Below are positions 48,901-58,083 of a DNA stretch of 64,000 nt, piece by piece; position 1 is the first letter of the stretch; each line of letters opens with the position of its first letter. Position numbers and translations under genes: made by a program. The notes under the pieces are model-generated. The model worked only from the letters and a program-made list of their open reading frames with translations, searched no databases and had not been told where the DNA came from. The stretch is from Phycisphaerae bacterium (lineage in GTDB: Bacteria; Planctomycetota; Phycisphaerae; UBA1845; Fen-1342), in the NCBI GenBank assembly GCA_050115495.1, contig JASFQK010000035.1:12514-76513 (forward strand). Reading direction: 5' to 3'.

Positions 48901-48975
48901 AGGGGACTGGCTCCGCGCCCAGGCACGCCTGGGCCGTCAGATGTCGCACGAAGCGCGGTGCCTGTCCCCTTTTTC
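48901..48975. repeat. MITE/REP-like element (GGGGAC family) filling a convergent intergenic gap
   Basis: AGGGGACTGGCTCC ... GGTGCCTGTCCCCTTTTTC; ends match 4129-4211 in reverse orientation. Confidence 0.75.
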
Positions 48976-49576
48976 AACGCCGCCGCACCGCAATCTGATA
49001 GATCGCCCGCCCCTCCCGCCGATACTTGATCTCGAAGTTCGTCTCGACCTGGGCAGCCGACACGCCGAACGCCGGGTCGTCGAACGGCACCTCGACCAGC
49101 TCCGGATGTCCGAGCAGCAGTGGCCGAATCGCCGCGAAATACTCAGCGTGATCGGTCTGCACCGCCCAGTGTCCGCCGGGCACGAGGCATTGCACCGCCG
49201 CGTTGACGAACGGCAACTGAAAGAGCCGTCGCTTGTGGTGCCGCTTTTTGGGCCACGGATCGGGGTGGTAGACATGCAGCGCCGTGAGCGACTCCCGCGG
49301 GCATTGCACGCGGATGAAGTGTGCGGCATCGGTTCGCGTGAGGCGCACGTTCGGCACGCCCCAGCGCTGCATGCGATCGACCGCGTACTTGTAGAACTCG
49401 TTGGCCCACTCGATACCGAAGAAGTCGCGCTCCGAATGCTCCCGCGCCCGCCGCAGCAGGAACCCCGCCTTCCCCGTCCCGATCTCCAGCTCCACCGGCG
49501 CCACCCGCCCGAACAGGCGCGGCCACGCCAACCCCTCCAACTCCGTCAACTCCACTGCCACTACCGGCGGGCTCAT
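48974..49576 (-). CDS. trmB: tRNA (guanine-N7)-methyltransferase
   Basis: LEIGTGKAGFL, GIE, YHPDPWPKKRHHKRRL, TDHAEY, TNFEIKY. Confidence 0.95.
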   Translation of the reverse strand: MSPPVVAVELTELEGLAWPRLFGRVAPVELEIGTGKAGFLLRRAREHSERDFFGIEWANEFYKYAVDRMQRWGVPNVRLTRTDAAHFIRVQCPRESLTALHVYHPDPWPKKRHHKRRLFQLPFVNAAVQCLVPGGHWAVQTDHAEYFAAIRPLLLGHPELVEVPFDDPAFGVSAAQVETNFEIKYRREGRAIYQIAVRRR

Positions 49577-49612
49577 TCGGATATCGGACCTCGCGGAACC
49601 GGCACGTACGCG

Positions 49613-49640
49613 TGAAGGCGCCCCCCGGCCGGACCGATGA
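49613..49640 (+). promoter_or_regulatory. Sigma-28-like promoter upstream of the PilZ gene
   Basis: TGAAG-N15-ACCGATGA. Confidence 0.4.
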
Positions 49641-49707
49641 AACTGACGAAGACTCCGCGTTTCGGGCTTTCGCGGCCAACTGAGGCGTTTGTAAAGGAAG
49701 CCGACCT

Positions 49708-50166
49708 ATGTCGCAAGCATCCGCCCCCGCTACGGAGCGGCGCAGTGAGGTACGTGAACCGGCTGCGTTCGCTTTCTGGTATGAGCCGGCCCCCGTGCAC
49801 CGCCGGGCCAGCGCGTGGATGCTGAACGTCTCCCGCCGTGGCGCCGCCTTCCTGGCCCCCGCCGAAGACGCCCCCACCGTCGGACAACGTCTGCGACTGA
49901 CCGAGATGTTTTCCACCGACCGCGTCGTGCGCGAGGGCGGCACACGCCTGCCGCCGTTCGCCCGCGTCCTTCGCGTGGAAGGAACCGAAGGCGTGACGCG
50001 CCGCGTGGCCGTGCAGTTCGAAGCCGACAAGTCCGTGCCCCTCGACACCCGAAAGACCGGTCGTTTCGTTGTTACCCGCAGTGAACCGCAACTCCCGCCT
50101 CCACCGCCGCCGGGAGCATCTTCCGGCACCGAACCTGTCGCACCCACGTTGCTCACGGCCGTCTGA
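49708..50166 (+). CDS. Stand-alone PilZ-domain protein
   Basis: ERRSEVR (RxxxR) and NVSRRG ([D/N]xSxxG); ARVLRVE...VAVQF beta barrel. Confidence 0.72.
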   Translation: MSQASAPATERRSEVREPAAFAFWYEPAPVHRRASAWMLNVSRRGAAFLAPAEDAPTVGQRLRLTEMFSTDRVVREGGTRLPPFARVLRVEGTEGVTRRVAVQFEADKSVPLDTRKTGRFVVTRSEPQLPPPPPPGASSGTEPVAPTLLTAV

Positions 50167-50347
50167 CGTTCCGGCCAACCGAAACCACCCCCCCAGGTTG
50201 TAGCAATGCGCCCACCGTCTGCGCCGCACCGGGCGTGACTTCCGCCGCACACAGACCTAAGCTCAGGGACCTGGATGAACCTCGCCGCCGGCGGCTGGCT
50301 GCGGGCCGTCATCATCGTCGCCGGCGCACGTCCTGGAGGAGATACAC

Positions 50348-51292
50348 ATGCGACGCCTCTTCGCCGACGCCACGCAGGCCGTCGGAAACACACCGCTGGT
50401 CCGCCTGAATCGCATCATTCCCGGCGGCGCCACCGTGTACGCCAAGCTCGAATACGGCAACCCGCTCAAGAGCGTCAAAGATCGCATCGCCGTCGCCATG
50501 ATCACGGACGGGATGGAGAAGGGCCTCATCAAGCCGGACACCACCATCGTCGAGCCAACGTCCGGTAACACCGGCATCGGCCTCGCCTTCGTCTGCGCCG
50601 CCCGCAACCTCAGCCTGACGCTGACCATGCCCGAGAGCATGAGCGTCGAGCGCCAGGCCGTGCTCCGCGCCCTCGGCGCCAAGCTCGTCCTCACGCCGGC
50701 GGCGGAGGGCATGAAGGGCGCCATCGCCCGCGCCGAGCAGATCGTCGCCGACATGCCGGGGGCGTTCATGCCGCAGCAGTTCAAGAACCCCGCCAACCCC
50801 GAGATCCACCGCCGGACGACGGCCGAGGAGATCTGGAACGACACCGGCGGCGAGGTGGACGTGCTCGTCGCCGGCGTGGGCACAGGCGGCACGATCACCG
50901 GCGTCGGCGAGGCGCTGAAGGCCCGCCGGCCTGGTTTCCAGTGCATCGCGGTCGAGCCGGCGGATTCGCCCGTGATCACCCAGCACCGCGCCGGCCAGCC
51001 GCTCAAACCCGGCCCGCACAAGATTCAGGGCATCGGCGCCGGCTTCATACCGGACGTTCTCAACGTCGACGTCATCGACGACGTGGTTACCGTGACGAAC
51101 GACGAGGCGTTCGACTGGGCCCGTCGGGCCGCCCGGCAGGAGGGCCTCCTCTGCGGCATCAGTTCCGGTGCGGCCCTTTGCGCCGTCAGCCGCATCGCCC
51201 AGCGTCCCGCCCTCTGCGGCAGGACGATCGTCACCGTGCTGGCCTCGGCCGGCGAGCGCTATCTCTCCACGCCGCTGTTTCAGAACGGCTGA
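50348..51292 (+). CDS. cysK: Cysteine synthase A
   Basis: [53 protein letters not shown]. Confidence 0.97.
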   Translation: MRRLFADATQAVGNTPLVRLNRIIPGGATVYAKLEYGNPLKSVKDRIAVAMITDGMEKGLIKPDTTIVEPTSGNTGIGLAFVCAARNLSLTLTMPESMSVERQAVLRALGAKLVLTPAAEGMKGAIARAEQIVADMPGAFMPQQFKNPANPEIHRRTTAEEIWNDTGGEVDVLVAGVGTGGTITGVGEALKARRPGFQCIAVEPADSPVITQHRAGQPLKPGPHKIQGIGAGFIPDVLNVDVIDDVVTVTNDEAFDWARRAARQEGLLCGISSGAALCAVSRIAQRPALCGRTIVTVLASAGERYLSTPLFQNG

Positions 51293-51374
51293 CAAGGTGC
51301 TAAGCTAGCCTCTTCCCCACTGACGGGGTTTCGCGGCATCGGTATCGTTTTGTGCTGGAGGTTCACCAAGCGCT

Positions 51375-51995
51375 ATGGCCAAGCAAGTCGCCACCAACAT
51401 CACCTGGCATGAGGGACACGTCGACCGCAACGATCGTCAGAAGCTGCTCAAGCAGCGCGGCGGCACCATCTGGTTCACCGGGCTGAGCGCCTCCGGCAAG
51501 AGCACCATCGCCTTCACCGTCGAGCACGCCCTCGTCGAGCGCGGCCACCTGGCGTACGTCCTCGATGGCGACAACGTCCGCCACGGGCTCAACAAGAACC
51601 TCGGCTTCTCGCCCGAGGACCGCGAGGAGAACATCCGCCGGATCGGCGAGGTGGCCAAGCTCTTCGCCGACGCCGGCCTGCTGACGATGACCAGCTTCAT
51701 CAGTCCCTACCGGGCGGACCGCGACCGGGCCCGGCAGATTCACGAGGAGGCGGGGCTGCCGTTCGTCGAGGTGTTCGTGCAGGCATCGGTCGAAGTCTGC
51801 GAGAAGCGCGACCCGAAGGGCCTGTACGAGAAGGCCCGCCAGGGCAAGATCCCCGAATTCACCGGCATCTCCGCCCCGTACGAAGAGCCGCTGAAGGCCG
51901 AGATCGTGCTCGACTCGAACCAGCTCACGCCGCAGCAGGCCGCCCAGGTCGTCCTCGACTACCTGGAGCGGCACGGACTGCTGGCGGTGCAATAA
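51375..51995 (+). CDS. cysC: Adenylyl-sulfate kinase
   Basis: WFTGLSASGKST, LDGDNVRHGL, RDPKGLY, FTGISAPYE. Confidence 0.97.
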   Translation: MAKQVATNITWHEGHVDRNDRQKLLKQRGGTIWFTGLSASGKSTIAFTVEHALVERGHLAYVLDGDNVRHGLNKNLGFSPEDREENIRRIGEVAKLFADAGLLTMTSFISPYRADRDRARQIHEEAGLPFVEVFVQASVEVCEKRDPKGLYEKARQGKIPEFTGISAPYEEPLKAEIVLDSNQLTPQQAAQVVLDYLERHGLLAVQ

Positions 51996-52060
51996 CCCAG
52001 CCGGCCGCCGGCGGCGCGCCTACAATCGGGGCAAACACAGGCTTGCACAGGAGGCCCCCG

Positions 52061-52285
52061 ATGTGCATGGAGCGTTGGATCCGGTTGTTCGCCGGCACGT
52101 TCGTCACGGTCAGCGTCGCCCTCGGCTACTTCCACAGCCCGTACTGGCTGTTAATCACCGTGTTTGTCGGGCTGAACCTCTTCCAGTCTGCGCTGACCAA
52201 GTGGTGCCTGATGGAGAACATCCTCGCCGCCCTAGGCGTCCCCCACTGCCAGCACAGCACGACCCCCACGCAGCAAACCACGTAG
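52061..52285 (+). CDS. DUF2892 (YgaP-like) small membrane protein
   Basis: ERWIRLFAG, FVGLNLFQSALTKWC; AGGAGG Shine-Dalgarno. Confidence 0.88.
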   Translation: MCMERWIRLFAGTFVTVSVALGYFHSPYWLLITVFVGLNLFQSALTKWCLMENILAALGVPHCQHSTTPTQQTT

Positions 52286-52295
52286 CACCCGGCAC

Positions 52296-52355
52296 GTAGC
52301 GTCCGGGCTCTGCACCGAACGTCTTCGGTAGCGCCGGCCCCCCGTGGCCGACGTC
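52296..52355 (+). repeat. GTAG-family REP pair
   Basis: GTAGCGTCCGGGCTCTGCACCGAACG and GTAGCGCCGGCCCCCCGTGGCCGACG, related to 27510 and 63249. Confidence 0.8.
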
Positions 52356-52554
52356 TGAGGCGAGCCGTCAGCCTTCAGCCATCAGCTTCCACGAGCTTCG
52401 CCCGCTGATCGCCCATGGCGCGGACACCGCGAACACGACACGAACCGCGCGCACCACGAAATGGCGGACAAAACGCGCCCCACTGACTCACCCAATTCGC
52501 CGACAACCTCCCGAACGCAACGCCTCGTTGCCTAGTTGCCTTCTTCTCCCCCCC

Positions 52555-54738
52555 CTATCCCCCCATCACCTTCTTCATCCCCTCCGCATCTGCCAGGAAC
52601 CGATCCGTGTACCGTTCATCCACCCGGCGGCACGTGTTCGTCGCCAACTCGCCCAGCCGCTGATAGTCCGGGTCCTCGCTCAGCACGAAGAACTCGCCCG
52701 CCAGAATGACCAGCCGAAGCAGGTGCCGTAGGACCAGCCCCTCCTGCTTCACCAAGTCCAGCTTCTTCACCAGCTTGAAGAACTCGCCGTCCAGACCGAA
52801 CGCCTCGCCGGCGATCCACTTCGGCTGCACGAGCGCCGGCTCCGGCGCCGCCAACTTCGCCTCGAACGCCAGCTTCAACATCTCCGGAAACGTCGGCGGC
52901 CGCTCCTCCTCTTCATCGTCCCACCAATCCTCGGCAAACCGGCGTTCCTCGGGCGTCGGCTCCGGCCGAGCCAGCACAATGCCCATCTGCACCATCAGCG
53001 GCTCGAGCACCTGCTCCTGAAGCGGCCCCTTCGGCAGATCCTCGGGTATGCGCACCTTCCGCAAAATCACCGGCGGCACTTCGAGCACAGCTTCGAGGGC
53101 GAGCACCTTCTCATTGAAATCGCTCTGCGGAAGCTGCTCGGCGACGAACGCCCCGAAGAGCGGATCGACGCTGCGGAAGTTGAGCAGCTTCTGAATCGAA
53201 TCGTGTAGCGTGATGTGATCGCCGTCCTCGGCCCGCGTCAGGTAGCCCAGGGCCTGCATGTTGTCGAGCATCACGTCGAGCTGGCGGTGGAAGCCCTCGA
53301 CGCGATCGGCGCCGGTGAAGCGCTTGTCGAGGAAATCGCGCACCTCGTGCAGCCGCCCCTTCCGCGTGAGCAGATAGATCAGCACCTGGTAGGGGATCAT
53401 CGCCCGGCTGGTCAGCTTCGCCGGACCGGCGGCGATGAGCGACTTGAACTGCCCCTCGCTCCAATACTGCTCGGTCTTTCGGCGGGTGGGACGCTTGCGT
53501 TCGAGCTCCTTGCGGGCCCGCATCAGGCCGGGGTCCTTCGAGTGCGGATCGATCTGCTCGTACTTCTTGCGCCACTTGTTGATCTTCACGTCATCGTCGT
53601 GGGCGACGGCGAAGACGTACCCCTGGCTGTCGAACTGCGGCCGGCCCGCCCGCCCGAACATCTGGTGGGCACTCGACGGAGGAATGAGCTTCTTGTCGCC
53701 GCGCTTGCCCTTGAGCAGCGTGCCCAGCACAACCGACCGCGCCGGCAGGTTGATGCCGGCGGCGAGCGTCTCGGTGCAGCAGACCAGCGGCACGAGCTTC
53801 TTCTCGAACAACGCCTCGACGACCTGCTTGTGCCGTGGCAGCACGCCGGCGTGGTGCACGCCGACGCCGCGCAGCAGCATCTGCCGCAGCTTGGGCCCGA
53901 CCCCTTCGGTCAGATCCTCGGCGTACTCGGCGAGGTGCGCGTCGAGCTCCTGCTTCTGCTTGTTCGAAACGAGCGGCAGCCCCTTGAGCTTCTCCGCCAA
54001 CTCCCAGCATTCATCACGGTTGAAGGCGAAGACGAGCGCCGGCGTGCGGTTCTCCTCGTCGTTGGCCGAGACCATCTGCACGAGATGCTCGGTCAGTAGC
54101 TTGTCCTCGACCCACTCGTACGTCAGCGGCACGCGGCGTTCGTCGGTGAGCACGACGTCGATCTTCCGCCCATGCTTCGTGTTCAGCCAGTGGGCGAAAT
54201 CCCACGGATTGCCCACCGTCGCCGAGAGCAACATCACCCGCACGGTCGCCGGCAGCAGCACCAGCGACAGCTCCCACACGACGCCGCGTGTGAAGTCGTT
54301 GAAGCTGTGGAATTCGTCCATGACCACGGCGCCGAGCGTGCTGAGGTCGGCCACCGCCGGATCGTCGGCGATCAGATGGTTGAGCAGAATCTCAGCGACG
54401 ACGATGCGGACGGGCGCATCGGGGTTCTCCCGGCGATTGCCGGTGATCAACCCGACCTGGTCGCGCCCGAAGCCCCAACGCTCGGCGAGCTCCTGGAAGT
54501 CGCGGTATTTCTGGTCGGTCAGGGCGATGAGCGGCGTCGTGTAATAGAGCCGCTGGCCGGTATGCAGCGCCTCGAACACGGCGGCCTCGGCGATGAGCGT
54601 TTTGCCCATCCCCGTCGGCGCGCAGATCATGGCCCCCGTCTCGGTCGCGAACCACGTCAGCAGGGCTTCTTCCTGAAACGGGTACGGCTCGAACGGCAGC
54701 GTCTCTAGGAACTTCTCGCAAACTTCAGCACGATCCAT
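52555..54738 (-). CDS. Ski2/HelY-like DEAD/DEAH-box helicase
   Basis: APTGMGKT, DEFH, LSAT, HHAG, TETLAAGINLPA, QMFGRAGR. Confidence 0.9.
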   Translation of the reverse strand: MDRAEVCEKFLETLPFEPYPFQEEALLTWFATETGAMICAPTGMGKTLIAEAAVFEALHTGQRLYYTTPLIALTDQKYRDFQELAERWGFGRDQVGLITGNRRENPDAPVRIVVAEILLNHLIADDPAVADLSTLGAVVMDEFHSFNDFTRGVVWELSLVLLPATVRVMLLSATVGNPWDFAHWLNTKHGRKIDVVLTDERRVPLTYEWVEDKLLTEHLVQMVSANDEENRTPALVFAFNRDECWELAEKLKGLPLVSNKQKQELDAHLAEYAEDLTEGVGPKLRQMLLRGVGVHHAGVLPRHKQVVEALFEKKLVPLVCCTETLAAGINLPARSVVLGTLLKGKRGDKKLIPPSSAHQMFGRAGRPQFDSQGYVFAVAHDDDVKINKWRKKYEQIDPHSKDPGLMRARKELERKRPTRRKTEQYWSEGQFKSLIAAGPAKLTSRAMIPYQVLIYLLTRKGRLHEVRDFLDKRFTGADRVEGFHRQLDVMLDNMQALGYLTRAEDGDHITLHDSIQKLLNFRSVDPLFGAFVAEQLPQSDFNEKVLALEAVLEVPPVILRKVRIPEDLPKGPLQEQVLEPLMVQMGIVLARPEPTPEERRFAEDWWDDEEEERPPTFPEMLKLAFEAKLAAPEPALVQPKWIAGEAFGLDGEFFKLVKKLDLVKQEGLVLRHLLRLVILAGEFFVLSEDPDYQRLGELATNTCRRVDERYTDRFLADAEGMKKVMGG

Positions 54739-54775
54739 AGCGCCCAGCATAGCCGTTATACGCATCCCCGTCGCC

Positions 54776-54833
54776 CGCCACTGGGTGCCACCGGTGCCTC
54801 GCGGGGTGCCACTGGTGGCTTGCCCACCAGTGC
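54776..54833 (+). repeat. REP, CACTGGTGG family, with upstream partial copies
   Basis: Full copy 54804-54833 preceded by GCCACTGGGTGCCACCGGTG. Confidence 0.85.
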
Positions 54834-55217
54834 CGGTTCCCCAACACCCGTCCGAACCCCGCCCCCGTCAATCCGAGCCCCGAGCGGCAGCGAGCGGGTC
54901 CTCCCCCGTCGCTCCCATCTCAACTCTCAACTCGCAAATCTGAAATCTGAGATCCCCACCGCCCGCCGGAGCAGCCATCGGACCACCTGCAAACACGCCC
55001 CCGCCTGCCCAGCGCCCTAATAATGACGGGTTCTGTTAGGCACCGCGATGACACAGAAGCCGGTTCGTCGTGCCAAATCACCGCCGATGCCGGCGGTCCG
55101 CGGAGAGCCGCGCACGCCGGAACTGAGTACTCCGTTCGAGACTGCTGCCATGGTGGCGCCGCCCTTACGCCCACACTGTGTATACTACTGAACGACTTTC
55201 GACAACATGGGGCGAAC

Positions 55218-56135
55218 ATGGCACGTCGACGAAGCAGAACGGGAGTCGAAGCACTTTTTCACACGATGACGAAAACGCCGTGGTGGTTCTCTTTGCTCTG
55301 CGCAGTTTCTGTCTTCATCTTCTTGCGCTTCATCGTGCCCGCCATCCTCTGGCGTACATACAGTCCTGGCGATGCGGCCGGAAGGACTATCGCGACGGTC
55401 CTTACACCAATATCTGTCTCCCTGGCCCCCTTCGCCGCCCTGTTTGTCTGTGTGCTCGGGGGCCTCGCCGCCCTGAAGAAGCTCTTGGACCGGCGGCGAC
55501 TCGACAGTCAAACGGGACTGACCAGCATCAGCGCGCTTTCGTGGGTCGAGTTTGAGGAGTTGGTTGCAGAGGCGTATCGCCGCCAGGGATACGCGGTCGA
55601 GCGAACGGGCGATGCGGCTGGTGATGGCGGAGTGGACGTGGCTCTGCGACGAGACGGGCAGACGACGCTCGTGCAGTGCAAGCAATGGCGAACCCGGAAG
55701 GTCGGAGTGAAGGTCGCCCGTGAGCTGCGGGGCGTAATGGCAAGCCAGCGAGCCCACAGTGGCGTGATCGTGAGCTGCGGGACGTTCACAGCCGAAGCGA
55801 TCGACTTCGCGCAGGCGAACCGAATCACGCTCATCGGCGGGAGTGAGTTGGCCGAACTGGTGCGCGCCGTGCAGAAAGAGCGCCCAGCAACAACAGCGGC
55901 TCCTGACACAGTCCCCATCATGCGTGCACATGCTCCTCAGCCAGGCTCGCCATCATGCCAGCCGGCCCCTGCTTGTCCGCAGTGCGGATCGCCTATGGTG
56001 CAACGAACTGCCAAGCGTGGCGCGAACGCCGGTTCCGCCTTCTGGGGATGCCCACAGTTCCCCACCTGCCGAGGCGTCCGCCCCATTGCGGCAGCAGCTC
56101 GAAACCCAAACGGAGGTACGGTCAATGAGCGGTAA
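55218..56135 (+). CDS. Mrr-like restriction endonuclease with N-terminal TM helices and C-terminal topoisomerase-type Zn ribbon
   Basis: FEELVAEAYRRQGY, DGGVDV, VQCKQW; CPQCG...FWGCPQFPTC. Confidence 0.88.
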   Translation: MARRRSRTGVEALFHTMTKTPWWFSLLCAVSVFIFLRFIVPAILWRTYSPGDAAGRTIATVLTPISVSLAPFAALFVCVLGGLAALKKLLDRRRLDSQTGLTSISALSWVEFEELVAEAYRRQGYAVERTGDAAGDGGVDVALRRDGQTTLVQCKQWRTRKVGVKVARELRGVMASQRAHSGVIVSCGTFTAEAIDFAQANRITLIGGSELAELVRAVQKERPATTAAPDTVPIMRAHAPQPGSPSCQPAPACPQCGSPMVQRTAKRGANAGSAFWGCPQFPTCRGVRPIAAAARNPNGGTVNER

Positions 56136-57888
56136 GGCAAACTTCGGTGTTGACCCCAAGCTCACGGCGATTTTGGGAGAGACCTACACCTCCACGGAGC
56201 GGGCACTCTGCGAGCTCGTGGACAACTCGTGGGATGCTGACGCCGAGAACGTGTGGGTAACGCTGCCCGAACCGATGACCGATGATCCCATCATCGTGGT
56301 GGATGACGGCACAGGCATGACGAATGCCGAGGTGAGAGACATCTACCTCAAGATCGCCAACGATCGGCTGTCTCGATCCGCCGATGATCGCACCCACGCG
56401 AAGAAACGGCTGATCAAAGGACGAAAAGGTATTGGCAAGTTTGCGGGGCTGGCGGCTGCCAAGATCATGCAGCTCGATACCGTGGCTCGCGGCACCCTTA
56501 CACGCCTCACTATTCATAAGGACCGTTTGCTCGACGCTCGTGGCCGACGGGACTTGGAGATGGTCGATCTCCCGTTGACGGATGAGAAAGCCAGTTCGAA
56601 CGAACATGGCACAACGGTCACGCTAACAGAACTCGACCAGTCAAAGAGCTTTCCGTTGCCTGAGACGCTCAAGCGGCTCCTTACCAGAGAATACGGCCGG
56701 GAGGAGGGATTCAACGTATTCGTCAATGGTGAAAGCCTGAGCGTTACGGACCTTGGTGGCCAGGTCAAGGAGACCCGCTTCTCCCATGCCGACGTGGGCC
56801 CTGTCGTTGTACGATGGACCATCACAGACAAGCCGTTACCGAAGTCGGAGGCGGGTTTTGTGTACCGTGTCGGCGGCAAAGTCATCGGTCGCCCCACCTT
56901 CTGCGGGCTGGAAGAAGAGGAAGACATCCCTGAGAAGGTCCGCAACCGTGTTTACGGGGAGATTGAAGCCGACGGCTTGGACAAGCACGTCACCGCCGAT
57001 TGGGGCGAGATCATCGAGAATAGCCTGCCGCTCCAAGCTATCAAGCGAGAAGTCTGTCGAAGGGCGTCGGAGCACGTAAGGGAGGTCTGCAAGACTGAAG
57101 TAAACATGGCTCGAGCCCGACTGGCGCTGGAGTGCAAGCGTCGAATAGAGACCTTGCCAGAGCATCGACGCCAGTACGCCACGGAAGCCGTCGAGCGGGT
57201 GATCCAGAAGTTCTTTCCGGAAGGCGATGAGAAAGTCAGGCTGCTCGTTGGGCTCGTTCTCGATGCGTTGGAGAAGGACGAGTATTACAGGGTCTGTGAG
57301 AATCTCGCGAATGCCAGGGGTTCAGACGTTGCCACCATCGCCGAGTGTCTGGCCGAATTCGGGTTGGTCGATATAGCCGTCACAGCGCACCAGGCCCGCC
57401 ACCGTACCGACGTTCTGAACCAGATCGAAGCTCTCGTTCGCAATGAGGACACGCTTGAGAGCGAGGTTCACACGGCATTCGAACACAACCTCTGGATCCT
57501 CGGGCCGCAGTATGCCCTCATTGCCTCGAACAAGACGCTCGAGAATATCATTGCGGACTACTGCGACAAGAAATTCACAGGGGCGCGTGCGAAGAAGCGT
57601 CCCGATCTCTTCCTTGGCCAGTCCGCCAGTCAACGAAAGCTGCTCATCGAATTCAAACGCCCCAGTGGCAAGGTCGGGCGGGATGCTGAGGCGCAGGTCA
57701 AGAAATACCGAGACGACCTGACACCGAGCCACGGCGCGATGGACGTTCTCGTCCTTGGTGGATCGGTCGATCGATCGATGTCGGCGGCCTACGCGACCAG
57801 CGATATTGCTTTTCGTGCGTACACGTCGGTGATTGCAGAAGCTCGGACTCAAATGGAGTGGCTGCTCAAGGAGCTGACTACGCGATGA
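56125..57888 (+). CDS. GHKL (MORC/HATPase_c_3-like) ATPase fused to a C-terminal PD-(D/E)xK nuclease
   Basis: ELVDNSWDA, DDGTGM, GRKGIGK, GTTV; HNLWILG...RPDL...LIEFKRP...QVKKY. Confidence 0.85.
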   Translation: MSGKANFGVDPKLTAILGETYTSTERALCELVDNSWDADAENVWVTLPEPMTDDPIIVVDDGTGMTNAEVRDIYLKIANDRLSRSADDRTHAKKRLIKGRKGIGKFAGLAAAKIMQLDTVARGTLTRLTIHKDRLLDARGRRDLEMVDLPLTDEKASSNEHGTTVTLTELDQSKSFPLPETLKRLLTREYGREEGFNVFVNGESLSVTDLGGQVKETRFSHADVGPVVVRWTITDKPLPKSEAGFVYRVGGKVIGRPTFCGLEEEEDIPEKVRNRVYGEIEADGLDKHVTADWGEIIENSLPLQAIKREVCRRASEHVREVCKTEVNMARARLALECKRRIETLPEHRRQYATEAVERVIQKFFPEGDEKVRLLVGLVLDALEKDEYYRVCENLANARGSDVATIAECLAEFGLVDIAVTAHQARHRTDVLNQIEALVRNEDTLESEVHTAFEHNLWILGPQYALIASNKTLENIIADYCDKKFTGARAKKRPDLFLGQSASQRKLLIEFKRPSGKVGRDAEAQVKKYRDDLTPSHGAMDVLVLGGSVDRSMSAAYATSDIAFRAYTSVIAEARTQMEWLLKELTTR

Positions 57889-57957
57889 TGCCATCACCTG
57901 CGCGAGCCGGCAGCCAGAGCCGCCCGCGCACGCGCCCGGACGCCCCCGCCGGGTGCC

Positions 57958-57987
57958 GGGTGCCACTGGCGGCGGGCCCACCAGCGC
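57958..57987 (+). repeat. Degenerate CACTGGTGG-family REP
   Basis: GGGTGCCACTGGCGGCGGGCCCACCAGCGC. Confidence 0.6.
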
Positions 57988-58083
57988 CCCACCACCCATC
58001 ATTTCCCCACTTCCCCCGCACCCACCCCCCCAACAAAACGTACTATTCCTCAGACGAACCATCCGTCGAGAGGAGGTCTCCGT

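Noticed and set aside
52555..54738. Helicase as part of the neighbouring defence islet
   Set aside because: Divergent orientation, host-like codon usage and separation by REP-rich DNA
54919..54953. Heptamer runs (CAACTCT/AAATCTG; also TCAGCCN at about 52368-52386)
   Set aside because: Only 2-3 degenerate units each; too short to support a feature call
55014..57960. Integron cassette array
   Set aside because: No integrase, only one GTTRRRY-type site and no full attC stem
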